DNA from: an uncultured Brevibacterium sp.
GTDB lineage: Bacteria > Actinomycetota > Actinomycetes > Actinomycetales > Brevibacteriaceae
NCBI GenBank assembly: GCA_902489215.1
Contig: CABTZE010000001.1
Location: forward strand, 1-55,883
Direction of reading: 5' to 3'
DNA: 55,883 nucleotides
The notes beneath the pieces are model-generated. The model had not been told where the DNA came from, searched no databases, and saw only the letters and a program-made list of their open reading frames with translations. Of this stretch, positions 38,426-48,424 are shown piece by piece. A program made the position numbers and the translations under genes. Every line of letters starts with the position of its first letter. Positions within the stretch are counted from its first letter, which is position 1.

Positions 38426-41134
38426 GTGAAAAGCCGACAGCGCACAAGCTTTCTTCCGGCCTTTTTGGCAGCATTTCTCACCATGCTGCTCATCGCAGCG
38501 GGAGGGCTTGGCCTTCCTTCTGCGGCTCAGGCCGAACCCCAATCACCCGACCGGCAAGTTCTGAAGTGCTATGAAGAAGGCGGATCGTCTGCCTGCACAC
38601 AGGAAGAACTGCAGAAACTCATCACTCAGGCGGGAACGACTCCCACCACAATCGAAATCGGCAACGGCAGTGACGTTGCCCTGACGAAAACACTCGTTAT
38701 TCCGGCTGGTGCGGACATCGAACTGGTGGACACTCTGGCTGACGCCGAAAAGCCGACAACCAAAATCGTTCGTGCTGACGGCAACTTCACCGGAAGCCTC
38801 ATCCGGGTTGAAAAGGGCGGAAAGCTCACACTCTCCGCCGGAGCTGGAGAAGGCAAAGGCCTGCACATTGACTCCCGCGCCAAACACGACACGGTGACGG
38901 GAAGCTCGTTCTCACCGACTGTTCTTGTGGACGGCGAACTCGTCATGAATGCCGGCACCATCACCGGCGCCAGGAAGATGAGCCGCACCGGGGAAGGCGC
39001 AGTCACCGTCAAGGGCAAGGACGCGAAGTTCACCCTCAACGACGGCAAGATCACCGACAACCAGCGCAAGGGCGGCCAGTTCGGTGCCGCGAACGTCGCA
39101 CTGACCGATGGTGCGACCATGGTGATGAACGGCGGCGAAATCTCCAAGGGTGTATCCGACTACAGCCCCTACGCCTATGGCGAAGCTGGCGGCATCGGCG
39201 TCTTCAGCGGTGCGCACCTGACAGTCAACGGCGGAAAAATCACGGAAAACACGGGCTGGGCCGGAAACATCAATGTCAGTCACTGGCTGAACGAAAGCAG
39301 TGTGAAGCCCGGCGACGACACCTCCGACACCCGCTCCACGCTGGAGTTCAATGACGGTGAAATCACCAAGGGCAAAGCGGCTTTCGGTGGTGGCGGCATC
39401 AACATCTTCGGCAACGCAGACGTCACTATGAACGGCGGTCTTCTTGACAGTAACCACGCGCCTAACGGCGGTGGCGTGAACGCCATGGATATGTATATCA
39501 ATGGCGATCCCCGCACCTACCGGGAAATCGATTCCGACGGCTCTCGTTGGACTAAGCAGCACTTCGGCGAACCCAAGCCCGAAGAATGGACCAAGATTTC
39601 CCCAGCCGGATTCACCATGAACGGCGGCAGCATCACTCGCAACAGCGCCACCCGCACCGGCGGTGGTGTCAACGTGATCTCCAACGCCGTGAAACTCAAC
39701 GCCGGGCTGATCGAATCCAACACCGCCGACAATCAGGGTGGCGGTGTCTACGTTGCAACGAAGTCGTACACCGCGAACTTCATGGACACGCTCATCACTG
39801 ACAACAATGCGACCGGCAGCGACCACGTTGCCTACGGCGGCGGCATTTGGCTGTGCCCCACCGGCAGCATGACCATGCACGTCACAAACGGCGCTGCAGT
39901 GTTCGACAACATCAGCCCCAACAGTTCGGTGGATTCACACTGGGGCGACGACATCGCACACGACCACCTCGGATCAGTCAGCGAAGCGGGAGTCGTAATC
40001 GATGAGCGCATGCTCGGCGGTGGTGAACCCAGCTACTACAAGGACGGCTCGAACGCTTCGGAGGACTCCCGTTTTGATCCGAAGAACCCTGGCAAGAAGC
40101 AGATCTTCGACGGTGAAGCACGGGAATCGGATGACGAAGCTGACTACCGCACCTCAATTTCGGATGAAGGTCTGAAGACCATCGTCGACCAAGAAGCGAA
40201 AGAAACCGCGAAGTCATGGGCGAAACTGCGGATCCAGAAGAACACGTCGCCGCGCGGAGCCGGCGTTGGTTCAAACGGTGGGCTCACCTTCGGAACCGAA
40301 GGAAGCACCGAGGTGAAGGTCACGAAGGCGTGGAAAGACGCTGAGGGGAACGACCTCAATGCTGAAGCCACTGTTCCGGTCAAGGTTCAGCTGGTAGGTA
40401 AAGCTGGTGACACCACGTCCAATATCGGCCAGCCGGTAGAGCTCAACGCCGACAACGAGTGGACACACACCTTCGAGAACCTCCCCAAGACGAAGACTGT
40501 TGACGGCAAGCAGGTCGAGGTTCAGTACACGGTTGAAGAGCTTGAGGTTGAAGGTTTCAAGTCCGCGGTGACCGGTGACCCTGAGAAGGGCTTCACCATC
40601 ACGAACACTGAGGACACACCGGCAACCACTGAAGTGCCTGTCGAGAAGGTCTGGAAGGCAGCCGATGGTTCTGCACTGGATCCGTCAGAAACTCAGCCGG
40701 TGAAGGTGCAGCTCGTGAAAACAGTTGGCGATGCAACCTCGAAGGTTGGTGAGCCTGTTGAGCTGAATGCTGACAACAGCTGGAAGCACACGTTCACGAA
40801 CCTGCCGGTGACGGAAGACGTTGACGGTAAGAAGATCGACATTCAGTACTCGGTTGAGGAACTTGAGGTTGAGGGCTTCAACTCGGCGTTGGCGGGCAAT
40901 GCGAAGGATGGATTCACCATCACCAACACGCAGATCCCACCATCAACACCTGAGCCCACGCCGGAACCAACTCCGACGCCGGAACCCACTCCGGAAACAA
41001 CACCTACGCCGCCCGCGCCTGAAAAGCCGCAGTCGCCGTTGCCCCGTACCGGTGTTGAAATCGGTGCAGCTGTCGCCCTGGCGCTCGCACTGATCGGAAC
41101 CGGTGTGGTTCTCGTCAGGCGCAAGAAGCCCTGA
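38426..41134 (+). CDS. sortase-anchored (LPRTG) surface protein with a GG-repeat beta-helix-like region and two Cna-B-type domains
   Basis: Signal peptide; repeated GG.I..N....GGGV units; two ~100-aa repeats (VxKxW...YxVEE...FTITN, about 40307-40609 and 40628-40930); PT/PE linker; LPRTG + TM + RRKK. Confidence 0.88.
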   Translation: MKSRQRTSFLPAFLAAFLTMLLIAAGGLGLPSAAQAEPQSPDRQVLKCYEEGGSSACTQEELQKLITQAGTTPTTIEIGNGSDVALTKTLVIPAGADIELVDTLADAEKPTTKIVRADGNFTGSLIRVEKGGKLTLSAGAGEGKGLHIDSRAKHDTVTGSSFSPTVLVDGELVMNAGTITGARKMSRTGEGAVTVKGKDAKFTLNDGKITDNQRKGGQFGAANVALTDGATMVMNGGEISKGVSDYSPYAYGEAGGIGVFSGAHLTVNGGKITENTGWAGNINVSHWLNESSVKPGDDTSDTRSTLEFNDGEITKGKAAFGGGGINIFGNADVTMNGGLLDSNHAPNGGGVNAMDMYINGDPRTYREIDSDGSRWTKQHFGEPKPEEWTKISPAGFTMNGGSITRNSATRTGGGVNVISNAVKLNAGLIESNTADNQGGGVYVATKSYTANFMDTLITDNNATGSDHVAYGGGIWLCPTGSMTMHVTNGAAVFDNISPNSSVDSHWGDDIAHDHLGSVSEAGVVIDERMLGGGEPSYYKDGSNASEDSRFDPKNPGKKQIFDGEARESDDEADYRTSISDEGLKTIVDQEAKETAKSWAKLRIQKNTSPRGAGVGSNGGLTFGTEGSTEVKVTKAWKDAEGNDLNAEATVPVKVQLVGKAGDTTSNIGQPVELNADNEWTHTFENLPKTKTVDGKQVEVQYTVEELEVEGFKSAVTGDPEKGFTITNTEDTPATTEVPVEKVWKAADGSALDPSETQPVKVQLVKTVGDATSKVGEPVELNADNSWKHTFTNLPVTEDVDGKKIDIQYSVEELEVEGFNSALAGNAKDGFTITNTQIPPSTPEPTPEPTPTPEPTPETTPTPPAPEKPQSPLPRTGVEIGAAVALALALIGTGVVLVRRKKP

Positions 41135-41162
41135 CAACAGCTAGGCGCATAACCGCCTGAAC

Positions 41163-41204
41163 ACGAGTGGCCCTGGAACTCACCTGAGTTCCAGGGCCAC
41201 TCGT
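41163..41204 (+). terminator. hairpin terminator
   Basis: ACGAGTGGCCCTGGAACTC-ACCT-GAGTTCCAGGGCCACTCGT. Confidence 0.8.
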
Positions 41205-41388
41205 ATTCCCACCCCCACGCAAAGCCGCACACACCCCCATACCGCACCTCCACCTCGTCATCCCACAGGACCGGTGCATCGGGTTGTCAGAATCGGCCCG
41301 GATTCCGGTAGTACGTTCTTCCAGGATCTTTTCGGCAGCGCACCACAACCCGCGCGTGGACGCTGCCGCTGTCACGGCAAGGGAAGTT

Positions 41389-42102
41389 TTGACGTTCGCA
41401 GGCAGGGCCTGGCGCTACTGTGTTCGCAAGCCAGTAAAAACACTCATCATCTTTGCTGTTCTGGCCATCATGGCCACCGTGGTCATGGCCGCCAGTGCAG
41501 AAACTCGACCACGACGACTACGACAAACAGCGTGAAGAACAATTCGGCAACGCCGTCAACGTGTGGGGTGTCAGCAACAGCGAAATCGACAACAACTTCC
41601 GCAGCGGCACACTGAAACTCACCGAAGGTCGCCATCTGAAGCCTGATGACAGGAACACAGCCGTCATCCACGAAGACGGGCCAGGGCATCGACTGGCAGA
41701 ACTACCAGATCTCCCCATCGGCCCAGTACCTTTCGGGCATCACCGGCGCTGTTGACGGCATCAAGAGCATTCAACCCCAAGGCCAGCATTGACGACCTCA
41801 CCCGGTTGGGCATTGATGCCGCCGCTGCGAAGCGCAATGTGCTTGCCCTGTCCGGTGGTCAGCAGCAGAGCGTGGCCATCGGCCGAGCTCTGGTTTCCTC
41901 TGCACCGGTCATTTTGGCAGATGAACCCACCGGCAACCTCGATGAGGAAACCGCCGAAGGAGTCATCGAGATCCTGCGGGATGCAGCCCATGAGCAGGGC
42001 AAATGCGTCATTGTCGTCACCCACTCGAAGCAGCTGGCACGATCATCCGACGTCACGCTGCGCCTAGAACAGCGCAAACTGATCGAACCCAAAAAGGCCT
42101 AG
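41389..42102 (+). pseudogene. collapsed MacB/FtsX-type ABC exporter (permease fragments plus ATPase C-terminal half)
   Basis: Fragments in different frames: TFAGRAWRYCVRKPVKTLIIFAVL (permease start), NFRSGTLKLTEGRHL (extracellular domain), LSGGQQQSVAIGRAL..ILADEPTGNLD..VVTHS with no Walker A. Confidence 0.8.
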
Positions 42103-42405
42103 ACGGACGAGGTGGCGGACAACGCCTCGTCAATACAAAACAGGGGGCGCACTGCTGCGTGCGGTTTGAGCGGTTTATGACGTATGACACACTATGTCAA
42201 CGGTGACATTGTGCTTGCACCGGCGGGTTGGTTTCGCGCTTGCAATCGGCACCGGCTCGGTGCGGCTCATGAGGGCCACTAGTCAGTCATCCGATCAGCT
42301 GACCTTCCTGGTCGGTGGGTCTGAGTCGATGGACCTCGGCTAGGACCCAGGCGGGGCAGTGCGATGACTGCCGCGCTTGCTACAAGTTGAGAAGGGGATA
42401 CAAAG

Positions 42406-42714
42406 ATGTACCGTTCGGTTCTGACGCTGCGTACCACACCGGAGCGAGCGCAGGAGATCCTTGAGCTTTACCGGGCCGAGAAGATTCTGCAGGAGTCGCT
42501 CGATGCGACTCGCCAAATCAGTTCAGATATTGCGGTCTCAGACGACGGAGAAGTTATCGTCACGGCCAATTGGCCAGATGAGAACGGCTACCAAGAGTGG
42601 CTGGACCACCCGCAGCGGACTCGAACTGCGCCAGAGCTTAACGCTTTGCTAGAAGGTGCCGAAGTTGGTATCGGAAAGCTATACAAAATTGACCACGGAG
42701 TCAGCAGAAGCTGA
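42406..42714 (+). CDS. antibiotic biosynthesis monooxygenase (ABM)-like small protein
   Basis: 102-aa alpha/beta pattern, VIVTANW....YQEWLDHP; good RBS. Confidence 0.7.
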   Translation: MYRSVLTLRTTPERAQEILELYRAEKILQESLDATRQISSDIAVSDDGEVIVTANWPDENGYQEWLDHPQRTRTAPELNALLEGAEVGIGKLYKIDHGVSRS

Positions 42715-42802
42715 TTGATAGGCGGCGCAGTGGTGCTTGCGTGAATCAATGCGCCTTTCGCTGCGTCCAGCTGTGAATCGATACTTGGATTAATTCGCTG
42801 CT

Positions 42803-42860
42803 TGAAGGGCCCTGGGTTGTTCCTTCCTTGGCAAAGGAAGGAACAACCCAGGGCCCTTCA
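42803..42860 (+). terminator. long perfect hairpin
   Basis: 27-bp stem TGAAGGGCCCTGGGTTGTTCCTTCCTT with a GGCA loop. Confidence 0.75.
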
Positions 42861-43021
42861 GTGTGATTAGTGGTGCTGGATGCTTGCATCCGACCTTTAG
42901 CAGATTGAGTTCTTGCAAGCTCGGTGAGCGGTGCAGTGCCTTGTTGTTTTGTTCCTGCGTAGAGGTTGAGGGAGTCTGCTCAGAGGGGTCGGTTGAAGAG
43001 AGTCGAATTCTGAGACGGGTA

Positions 43022-43070
43022 TTGACGTGAGAAAAATCACCTGCCATGCTTCCAGTCAAATCGTTTTGAC
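43022..43070 (+). promoter_or_regulatory. sigma-70-type promoter with adjacent LacI-type operator
   Basis: TTGACG-N17-CATGCT followed by the palindrome GTCAAATCGTTTTGAC (43055-43070); a LacI gene ends the cluster. Confidence 0.55.
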
Positions 43071-43160
43071 GACGGCTTGCCATTTGACATCTCTAACCAC
43101 GTCAGACTCGATCCGGCTTAAGTCAGATCGATCGGATCTCAAAGAGGAGACACCCGCGCA

Positions 43161-44471
43161 ATGAACAAAAAACAGAATGCTTTGCTCGAGTCGGACGAGG
43201 CGATCACGCCGGTCCCTGCGAACCAGCGGCAACATTGGCTTAGCCCGGCTGTTGTGTTTGGAGGACTCGAGTTCACCATCCCTGTCATCATGGTTGGCGC
43301 TGCGCTTGCAGCTGATTTCCGGCTCACCACAATTCTCTTGATCCTCGTGGTCGCGCTCGCCCTCCAGTGGGTGGGCAACACTATTGCCGGTTATATCGGC
43401 GCGAAGACCGGGTGCTCATCCTCAGTGATTGCGCGTGCAAGTTTCGGCAATGCCCAGGCCCGGTTCGTTATCGGGACGATTTTGTTCATCGTGTCCCTGT
43501 GTTGGTGGGCCATTCAAACGGCCGTCGCTGGGCAGGCGATAGCCGCCATGTTTGGGGTGGATTACGAGACCGATTGGGGCAAGTGGGCGCTGATCACGGT
43601 TGTTATCGGAATTATTTTCGCTGTCCCTTCGGTCATCGGGTTCAGCTCCATGAAGTGGACCGATTACTTGGCTCTCCCGGCCGGCCTTGTCCTCATTGTC
43701 ACGGGGGTCTACCTTGCGCTGAGCACGTCCGGCCTCTCGGGGCTGCTTGCGTGGGACCCCGACGGGAAGATGAGCTTCCTCGCGGGGGTCACCTTGGTCA
43801 TTGGGGCAAACATCGCACAGTGGCTCATTGCCGCTGACTACACCCGGTACGCCAAGCCGACTCTCATTGACAACATCAAGATTCCCCTCGGCATCGTTGC
43901 AGTAGGGTTCCCGCTGTTCTTGGTGGGAGCAATCATGGCGATCAGCGTGGGTGACGCCGATCTTGTGAGCGTGATGGTGGGCCTCGGTTTCGCTTTCTGG
44001 GGATTCATCATCCTTTGGCTGGCCACATGGACTAGCCAGCTTGTCAATAACTACAGCATGGGGCTGGCATTGGCGAACATGCTCAACATCAATTCGGGTA
44101 AAGGCCGTGCGTGGCTTACTTTCGGGGGAACAATCATAGCCATCGTGATTGCTCTATCCGGGATCCTCGACCACTTCACAGTGTTCCTTAGCTCCTCCGC
44201 GGTCATCTACGCAGCCACAGCGGGAGTGATCTTTTTCGACTTCTTCTTCATCCGTAAACAGGGATTCCAGGACAACCGGGGATGGAACTGGATTGCAACC
44301 GTGGCGCTCGTCGCGGGAATCGCGGTGGGCTTGGTTACCCAGTACGTATGGCAGGTTGGGATACCTCCGGTGCAGACACTGCTTATTTCGGGACTTGTCT
44401 ACCTCGTCTGCTCTCGGCTCAAGGCTCGTACCGCACCCGATCGCTTCACAGGGGGTGTTAGCGAAGCCTGA
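43161..44471 (+). CDS. purine-cytosine permease (NCS1/CodB-like)
   Basis: About 12 TM segments, GAKTG.SS..IARASFG, ADYTRYAK, WTSQ..N.YS. Confidence 0.9.
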   Translation: MNKKQNALLESDEAITPVPANQRQHWLSPAVVFGGLEFTIPVIMVGAALAADFRLTTILLILVVALALQWVGNTIAGYIGAKTGCSSSVIARASFGNAQARFVIGTILFIVSLCWWAIQTAVAGQAIAAMFGVDYETDWGKWALITVVIGIIFAVPSVIGFSSMKWTDYLALPAGLVLIVTGVYLALSTSGLSGLLAWDPDGKMSFLAGVTLVIGANIAQWLIAADYTRYAKPTLIDNIKIPLGIVAVGFPLFLVGAIMAISVGDADLVSVMVGLGFAFWGFIILWLATWTSQLVNNYSMGLALANMLNINSGKGRAWLTFGGTIIAIVIALSGILDHFTVFLSSSAVIYAATAGVIFFDFFFIRKQGFQDNRGWNWIATVALVAGIAVGLVTQYVWQVGIPPVQTLLISGLVYLVCSRLKARTAPDRFTGGVSEA

Positions 44472-44603
44472 AGCTCAGCACCCCTCACCGATCAGCGCTA
44501 GACCATCGGGTGTTGTTGACTCCCTGTGTTAGCCCCCTCCAAGAATGCTTCTCGCGTCGAAAAGTGCGAGAGAAGACCTCCCACTCCGATTGAAAGGAAA
44601 ATC

Positions 44604-46667
44604 ATGACATCGGACGTACGCATTGCAGTGGACGTCGGCGGTACCTTCACTGACGTTGTCCGGCTGGATCCCGCAACGGGCGAGATCCGCTTCGACAAAG
44701 TGCCCACGACCCCCAACGCCCCTACCGAGGGCGTCTTGGCCGCATTCGACAAAACCGAGACCAACCCCGCGGAAACGAGCCGCTTCAACCACGGATCGAC
44801 GCTGGGACTGAATGCACTGCTCACTCGCACTGGCGCGCGGATCGCCACGATCGCCACGCGCGGTTTCCGCGATGTCTATCTGCTGGGGCGGACAGATCGC
44901 AAGCCGATGTACGACATCACCTACCACAAGCCGGCTGCTCTGCTGAACCGCTACGACACGTTTGAGGTGACGGAAAGAGCGCTCGCGGACGGAAGTATTG
45001 CAGTCCCCTTGGATGAGGAGGAAGCGCGGGAATTGGCGAAGGAGATCGCTCGCCGCGGCTACGACAGCGTCGCCGTCGCGTTCCTCCACTCATACATCGC
45101 CCCCGAACACGAGCAGCGGATGAAAGAGATCCTTCTTGAGGAGAACCCGTCGCTCGAAGTATCCACTTCACACGAGCTTTCCCGCGAATACCGTGAGTAT
45201 GAGCGAACCAGCACAGCAGTGCTCGACGCCTATATCAAACCGGTCATGCGCAAGTACTTGACCAGCCTGGGTAGTCAGCTGGAGGACAAAGGGTTCGACG
45301 GGCAGTTTCTGATGTCCCGTTCCGGCGGGGGCGCCATGACCGCAGCTGTAGCTCGCGAGGAACCGGTTAACTTGATTCTTTCGGGCCCAGCCGGTGGCGT
45401 GGTTGGCGCGGCCGGGTTCTCCCGCCTCATCGATCGGCCTAATTTGATCACCATCGACATGGGCGGGACGAGCCTCGATGCTTCGCTGGTGCTTGACGGA
45501 TCTCCCATCATGTATCAGGGCGCCGAATTCGAAGGCCTTCCGATCAACACGCCCTCGCTCTATATTCACACTATCGGTGCCGGCGGTGGATCGCTTGCCT
45601 ATCTCGATGAAGCAGGTGCGCTGCAGGTAGGCCCCGAGAGCGCAGGTGCGGATCCTGGACCGGCGGCGTACGGTCGCGGTGGAACTCAACCCACCTTCAC
45701 CGACGCAGCACTTGCAGTGGGCTATTTGGGGACTGATACACCCCTCGGTGGCACTCTGACACTCAACGCGGATAACTCCGAAAAAGCGCTGAGCACTGTT
45801 GCAGAGAAGACGGGTTACAGCGTTTCCGATCTCGCTCTTGGCGTTCTGAATATCTCGACTACAAAGATCACCGGCGCTGTTCGAGCGATCACGATTGAAC
45901 TTGGGCACAACCCCAAGGACTTCTCCCTGCTGTCTTTCGGTGGCGGTGGCGGGCTCGTAGCCGTCGATGTGGCCAGGGAACTGGGCATTCCTGAGGTTAT
46001 TGTTCCCCCAGGCCAAGGAGCTTTCTCTGCACTGGGGATGCTCATGGCGGACGTTCAGTACGATCTGTCGCGGACTTTTGTTGAACCATTTGACTCTCTG
46101 GACCTCAACGTGGTCGAGGACCTGTTCCAGGAGATGGAGGAGGAAGCGGCAAAGTCGCTGAAGGACGACGGATTTGCCCAGAAGGATACGGAATTCCACC
46201 GCTCGATTCAGGTCCGGTACCTGGGTCAGGAACACTCCGTCACGATCGGCTTCCCGTCCGATTCTGACACGGTCTTGGAACAGATCGAGAAGGACTTCAA
46301 CGAGCTCCACGAACGGCAATACGGACATGTTCTCGATGACCCCATCGAGGTCACGACTTTGCGTGTACAGGCAGTCGGGCTTGTTGACAAGCCGCAGCTG
46401 CCCAAACTTGCAAAGCGCGCTCCTGGCGAGGATCTCGATATCAAGCACCGCACAGTCTTCCGGAAGGGTGGCGTGAAGGAAGACTACAAACTCGTAGCTC
46501 GCGAGGATCTGCGGGCAGGCGACCAGCTCGAAGGTCCAGCAGTCGTTACAGAACACACAGCGACGACAGTTATGCATGCTGGCGATCGCCTCACGGTCGG
46601 AGAGTACGGAGAAATCGCCATTGCGATTGGCAAGCCCGCCCAGGGCGAAGGCATCGAGGAGGCCTGA
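44604..46667 (+). CDS. hydantoinase/oxoprolinase A subunit (HyuA-like)
   Basis: VDVGGTFTD, HGST...NALL, REYERTST, LSGPAGG, DMGGTS, IGAGGGS, SAGADPGP, FGGGG. Confidence 0.95.
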   Translation: MTSDVRIAVDVGGTFTDVVRLDPATGEIRFDKVPTTPNAPTEGVLAAFDKTETNPAETSRFNHGSTLGLNALLTRTGARIATIATRGFRDVYLLGRTDRKPMYDITYHKPAALLNRYDTFEVTERALADGSIAVPLDEEEARELAKEIARRGYDSVAVAFLHSYIAPEHEQRMKEILLEENPSLEVSTSHELSREYREYERTSTAVLDAYIKPVMRKYLTSLGSQLEDKGFDGQFLMSRSGGGAMTAAVAREEPVNLILSGPAGGVVGAAGFSRLIDRPNLITIDMGGTSLDASLVLDGSPIMYQGAEFEGLPINTPSLYIHTIGAGGGSLAYLDEAGALQVGPESAGADPGPAAYGRGGTQPTFTDAALAVGYLGTDTPLGGTLTLNADNSEKALSTVAEKTGYSVSDLALGVLNISTTKITGAVRAITIELGHNPKDFSLLSFGGGGGLVAVDVARELGIPEVIVPPGQGAFSALGMLMADVQYDLSRTFVEPFDSLDLNVVEDLFQEMEEEAAKSLKDDGFAQKDTEFHRSIQVRYLGQEHSVTIGFPSDSDTVLEQIEKDFNELHERQYGHVLDDPIEVTTLRVQAVGLVDKPQLPKLAKRAPGEDLDIKHRTVFRKGGVKEDYKLVAREDLRAGDQLEGPAVVTEHTATTVMHAGDRLTVGEYGEIAIAIGKPAQGEGIEEA

Positions 46668-46668
46668 C

Positions 46669-48393
46669 ATGGTAGACGCAATCACTACTGAGATTATCCG
46701 GCACGCCATGTTGGCAGCTGCCGACGAGATTGCCCGCAATCTTTGCCGCACTGCGTACAACACCGTGGTGTACGAGATCCATGACTATGGGATCGGACTT
46801 CACGACGAGAACGGCGACGTCGTTGCGGACACTCCTGGAGTCGCAGTCTTCACTCGAGGCAATGACATTGGTGTGAAGAACGCCATTAAGTTCCTCGGCA
46901 AAGAAAGCATGGAGCCCGGTGACGTATTCATCATCAACTACCCCTACTGGTCCAGTGCGCATGCTCTGGATCCGCTGGTATTCGCGCCGATTCACGTGGG
47001 TGAACGGCTCATCGGGTTCAGCACTTGCCGAGTCCACGTGACTGACCTGAACCAGAAAGACCCTGGATACGTCCTGGACTCCACGCATCTGTCCCAGGAG
47101 GGCCTGATGATGCCGGCATCCAAGCTCTACCGTAGGGGAGAGCGCAATGAGGATGTCTTCAACATCATCAAGTTCAACAGCCGACGCCCGCGCCATACGA
47201 TCGGCGACATTCAGTCCCAGGTCTCCGCGGTCGTTACGGGTGTGCGTCGTATGAAGGAGCTTGCGGACAAGTATGGTGCTGACACCGTTGTGGATGCCAT
47301 GAAGGCAATCAACGAACACGGTGAGCGGCTGTCGCGTCTGGCCCTCGAAAAGCTCCCGAAAGGCACCTGGAGCACAGTTGACTACATCGATGAAGATGGC
47401 GTCGATGTCGGGAAGCTGATCAAACTTAAGTGCACCGTGACGATTACAGACGAAGAGATGATAATCGACTGGACCGGCAGCGCTAACGATGTGCAGGGTC
47501 CTCTGAACGTTCCACCAGGACTGACTGAAGCTGCTGCTTGCCTTATCTTCAAGTCGATTACGACGCCCGACTCTCCCGTGGTAGCAGGCAACTTTGCTCC
47601 GCTGCGGGTAATCACAGAGGAGGGTTCTGTCATGCACGCAGTACCGCCAATGTCAACCTTTACGATGTGGACCGGAATCCTCTCCGGCGAAACGATTCTC
47701 AAAGCACTGGCACAGGCGATGCCCGAAACTATTCCAGCGTCATCCGGCGGCGATGTCTGCGCCTTTATCGGCCTTGGGGACAACCCGCGAACTGGTGAGC
47801 CCTGGCAGGACGGCAGTAACGAAGCCGTCGGCTACGGAGCAACATCCACTCAGGACGGTGAGGACGGCATCATGCACATCTCAGAACCGGGTTGTCGAAA
47901 TACGCCGGTCGAGGTGTTCGAGATGCGTACGCCGTTGTTCCTCGAGCACTACGGATACCGTCAAGACAGCAGCGGCGCCGGGCAGTTCCGCGGCGGGGTT
48001 GGCATCAGCCGCGCCTACCGATACACGGCTCCTGGCGTGGGGATCATGCTCTCCTACAAAACGCGGACGCGTCCTTGGGGAATCCGCGGAGGACTGGAGG
48101 GCGTTCCGAATGCTGTCATCCTCAACCCAGGCACCGAGAATGAAAAGTGGCAAGGACCGAGTTATAACCACCTTGAAGCTGGGGAAGTGCTGGTCAACGC
48201 CACCGGAGGCGGTGGCGGTTACGGCGATCCGTTGAAGCGGGATTTCGACGCGATTTCTGCAGACGTACGCAACGAGTTCCTTACCCCTGAAGCTGTTAAG
48301 CGCGATTACAAAGTCATTATCGACAAGGACGGCGTAATCGATCACGAAGCAACTGCGGAGCTGCGTGACAGCTACAAGGCGCAGAACGCTTGA
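46669..48393 (+). CDS. hydantoinase B/oxoprolinase subunit (HyuB-like)
   Basis: RTAY..VVYE.HD, PGDVFIINYPY...H, QEGL, NTPVEVFE, SSGAGQFRGG, GGGGGYGDP. Confidence 0.95.
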   Translation: MVDAITTEIIRHAMLAAADEIARNLCRTAYNTVVYEIHDYGIGLHDENGDVVADTPGVAVFTRGNDIGVKNAIKFLGKESMEPGDVFIINYPYWSSAHALDPLVFAPIHVGERLIGFSTCRVHVTDLNQKDPGYVLDSTHLSQEGLMMPASKLYRRGERNEDVFNIIKFNSRRPRHTIGDIQSQVSAVVTGVRRMKELADKYGADTVVDAMKAINEHGERLSRLALEKLPKGTWSTVDYIDEDGVDVGKLIKLKCTVTITDEEMIIDWTGSANDVQGPLNVPPGLTEAAACLIFKSITTPDSPVVAGNFAPLRVITEEGSVMHAVPPMSTFTMWTGILSGETILKALAQAMPETIPASSGGDVCAFIGLGDNPRTGEPWQDGSNEAVGYGATSTQDGEDGIMHISEPGCRNTPVEVFEMRTPLFLEHYGYRQDSSGAGQFRGGVGISRAYRYTAPGVGIMLSYKTRTRPWGIRGGLEGVPNAVILNPGTENEKWQGPSYNHLEAGEVLVNATGGGGGYGDPLKRDFDAISADVRNEFLTPEAVKRDYKVIIDKDGVIDHEATAELRDSYKAQNA

Positions 48394-48424
48394 TAAAGCC
48401 AGCGAGCAGAAAGGTGGATTATGA

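Noticed and set aside
40940..41030. PTPE/PTP tandem repeats
   Set aside because: Ordinary cell-wall-spanning linker of the LPXTG protein.
30560..42200. Integrative element or prophage carrying the R-M region
   Set aside because: No integrase, tRNA, att-like long repeats, or phage/conjugation genes are visible.
45168..46763. 531-aa minus-strand ORF (likewise 25449-26645, 35656-36768, 38912-39880)
   Set aside because: Antisense shadows of well-supported genes.
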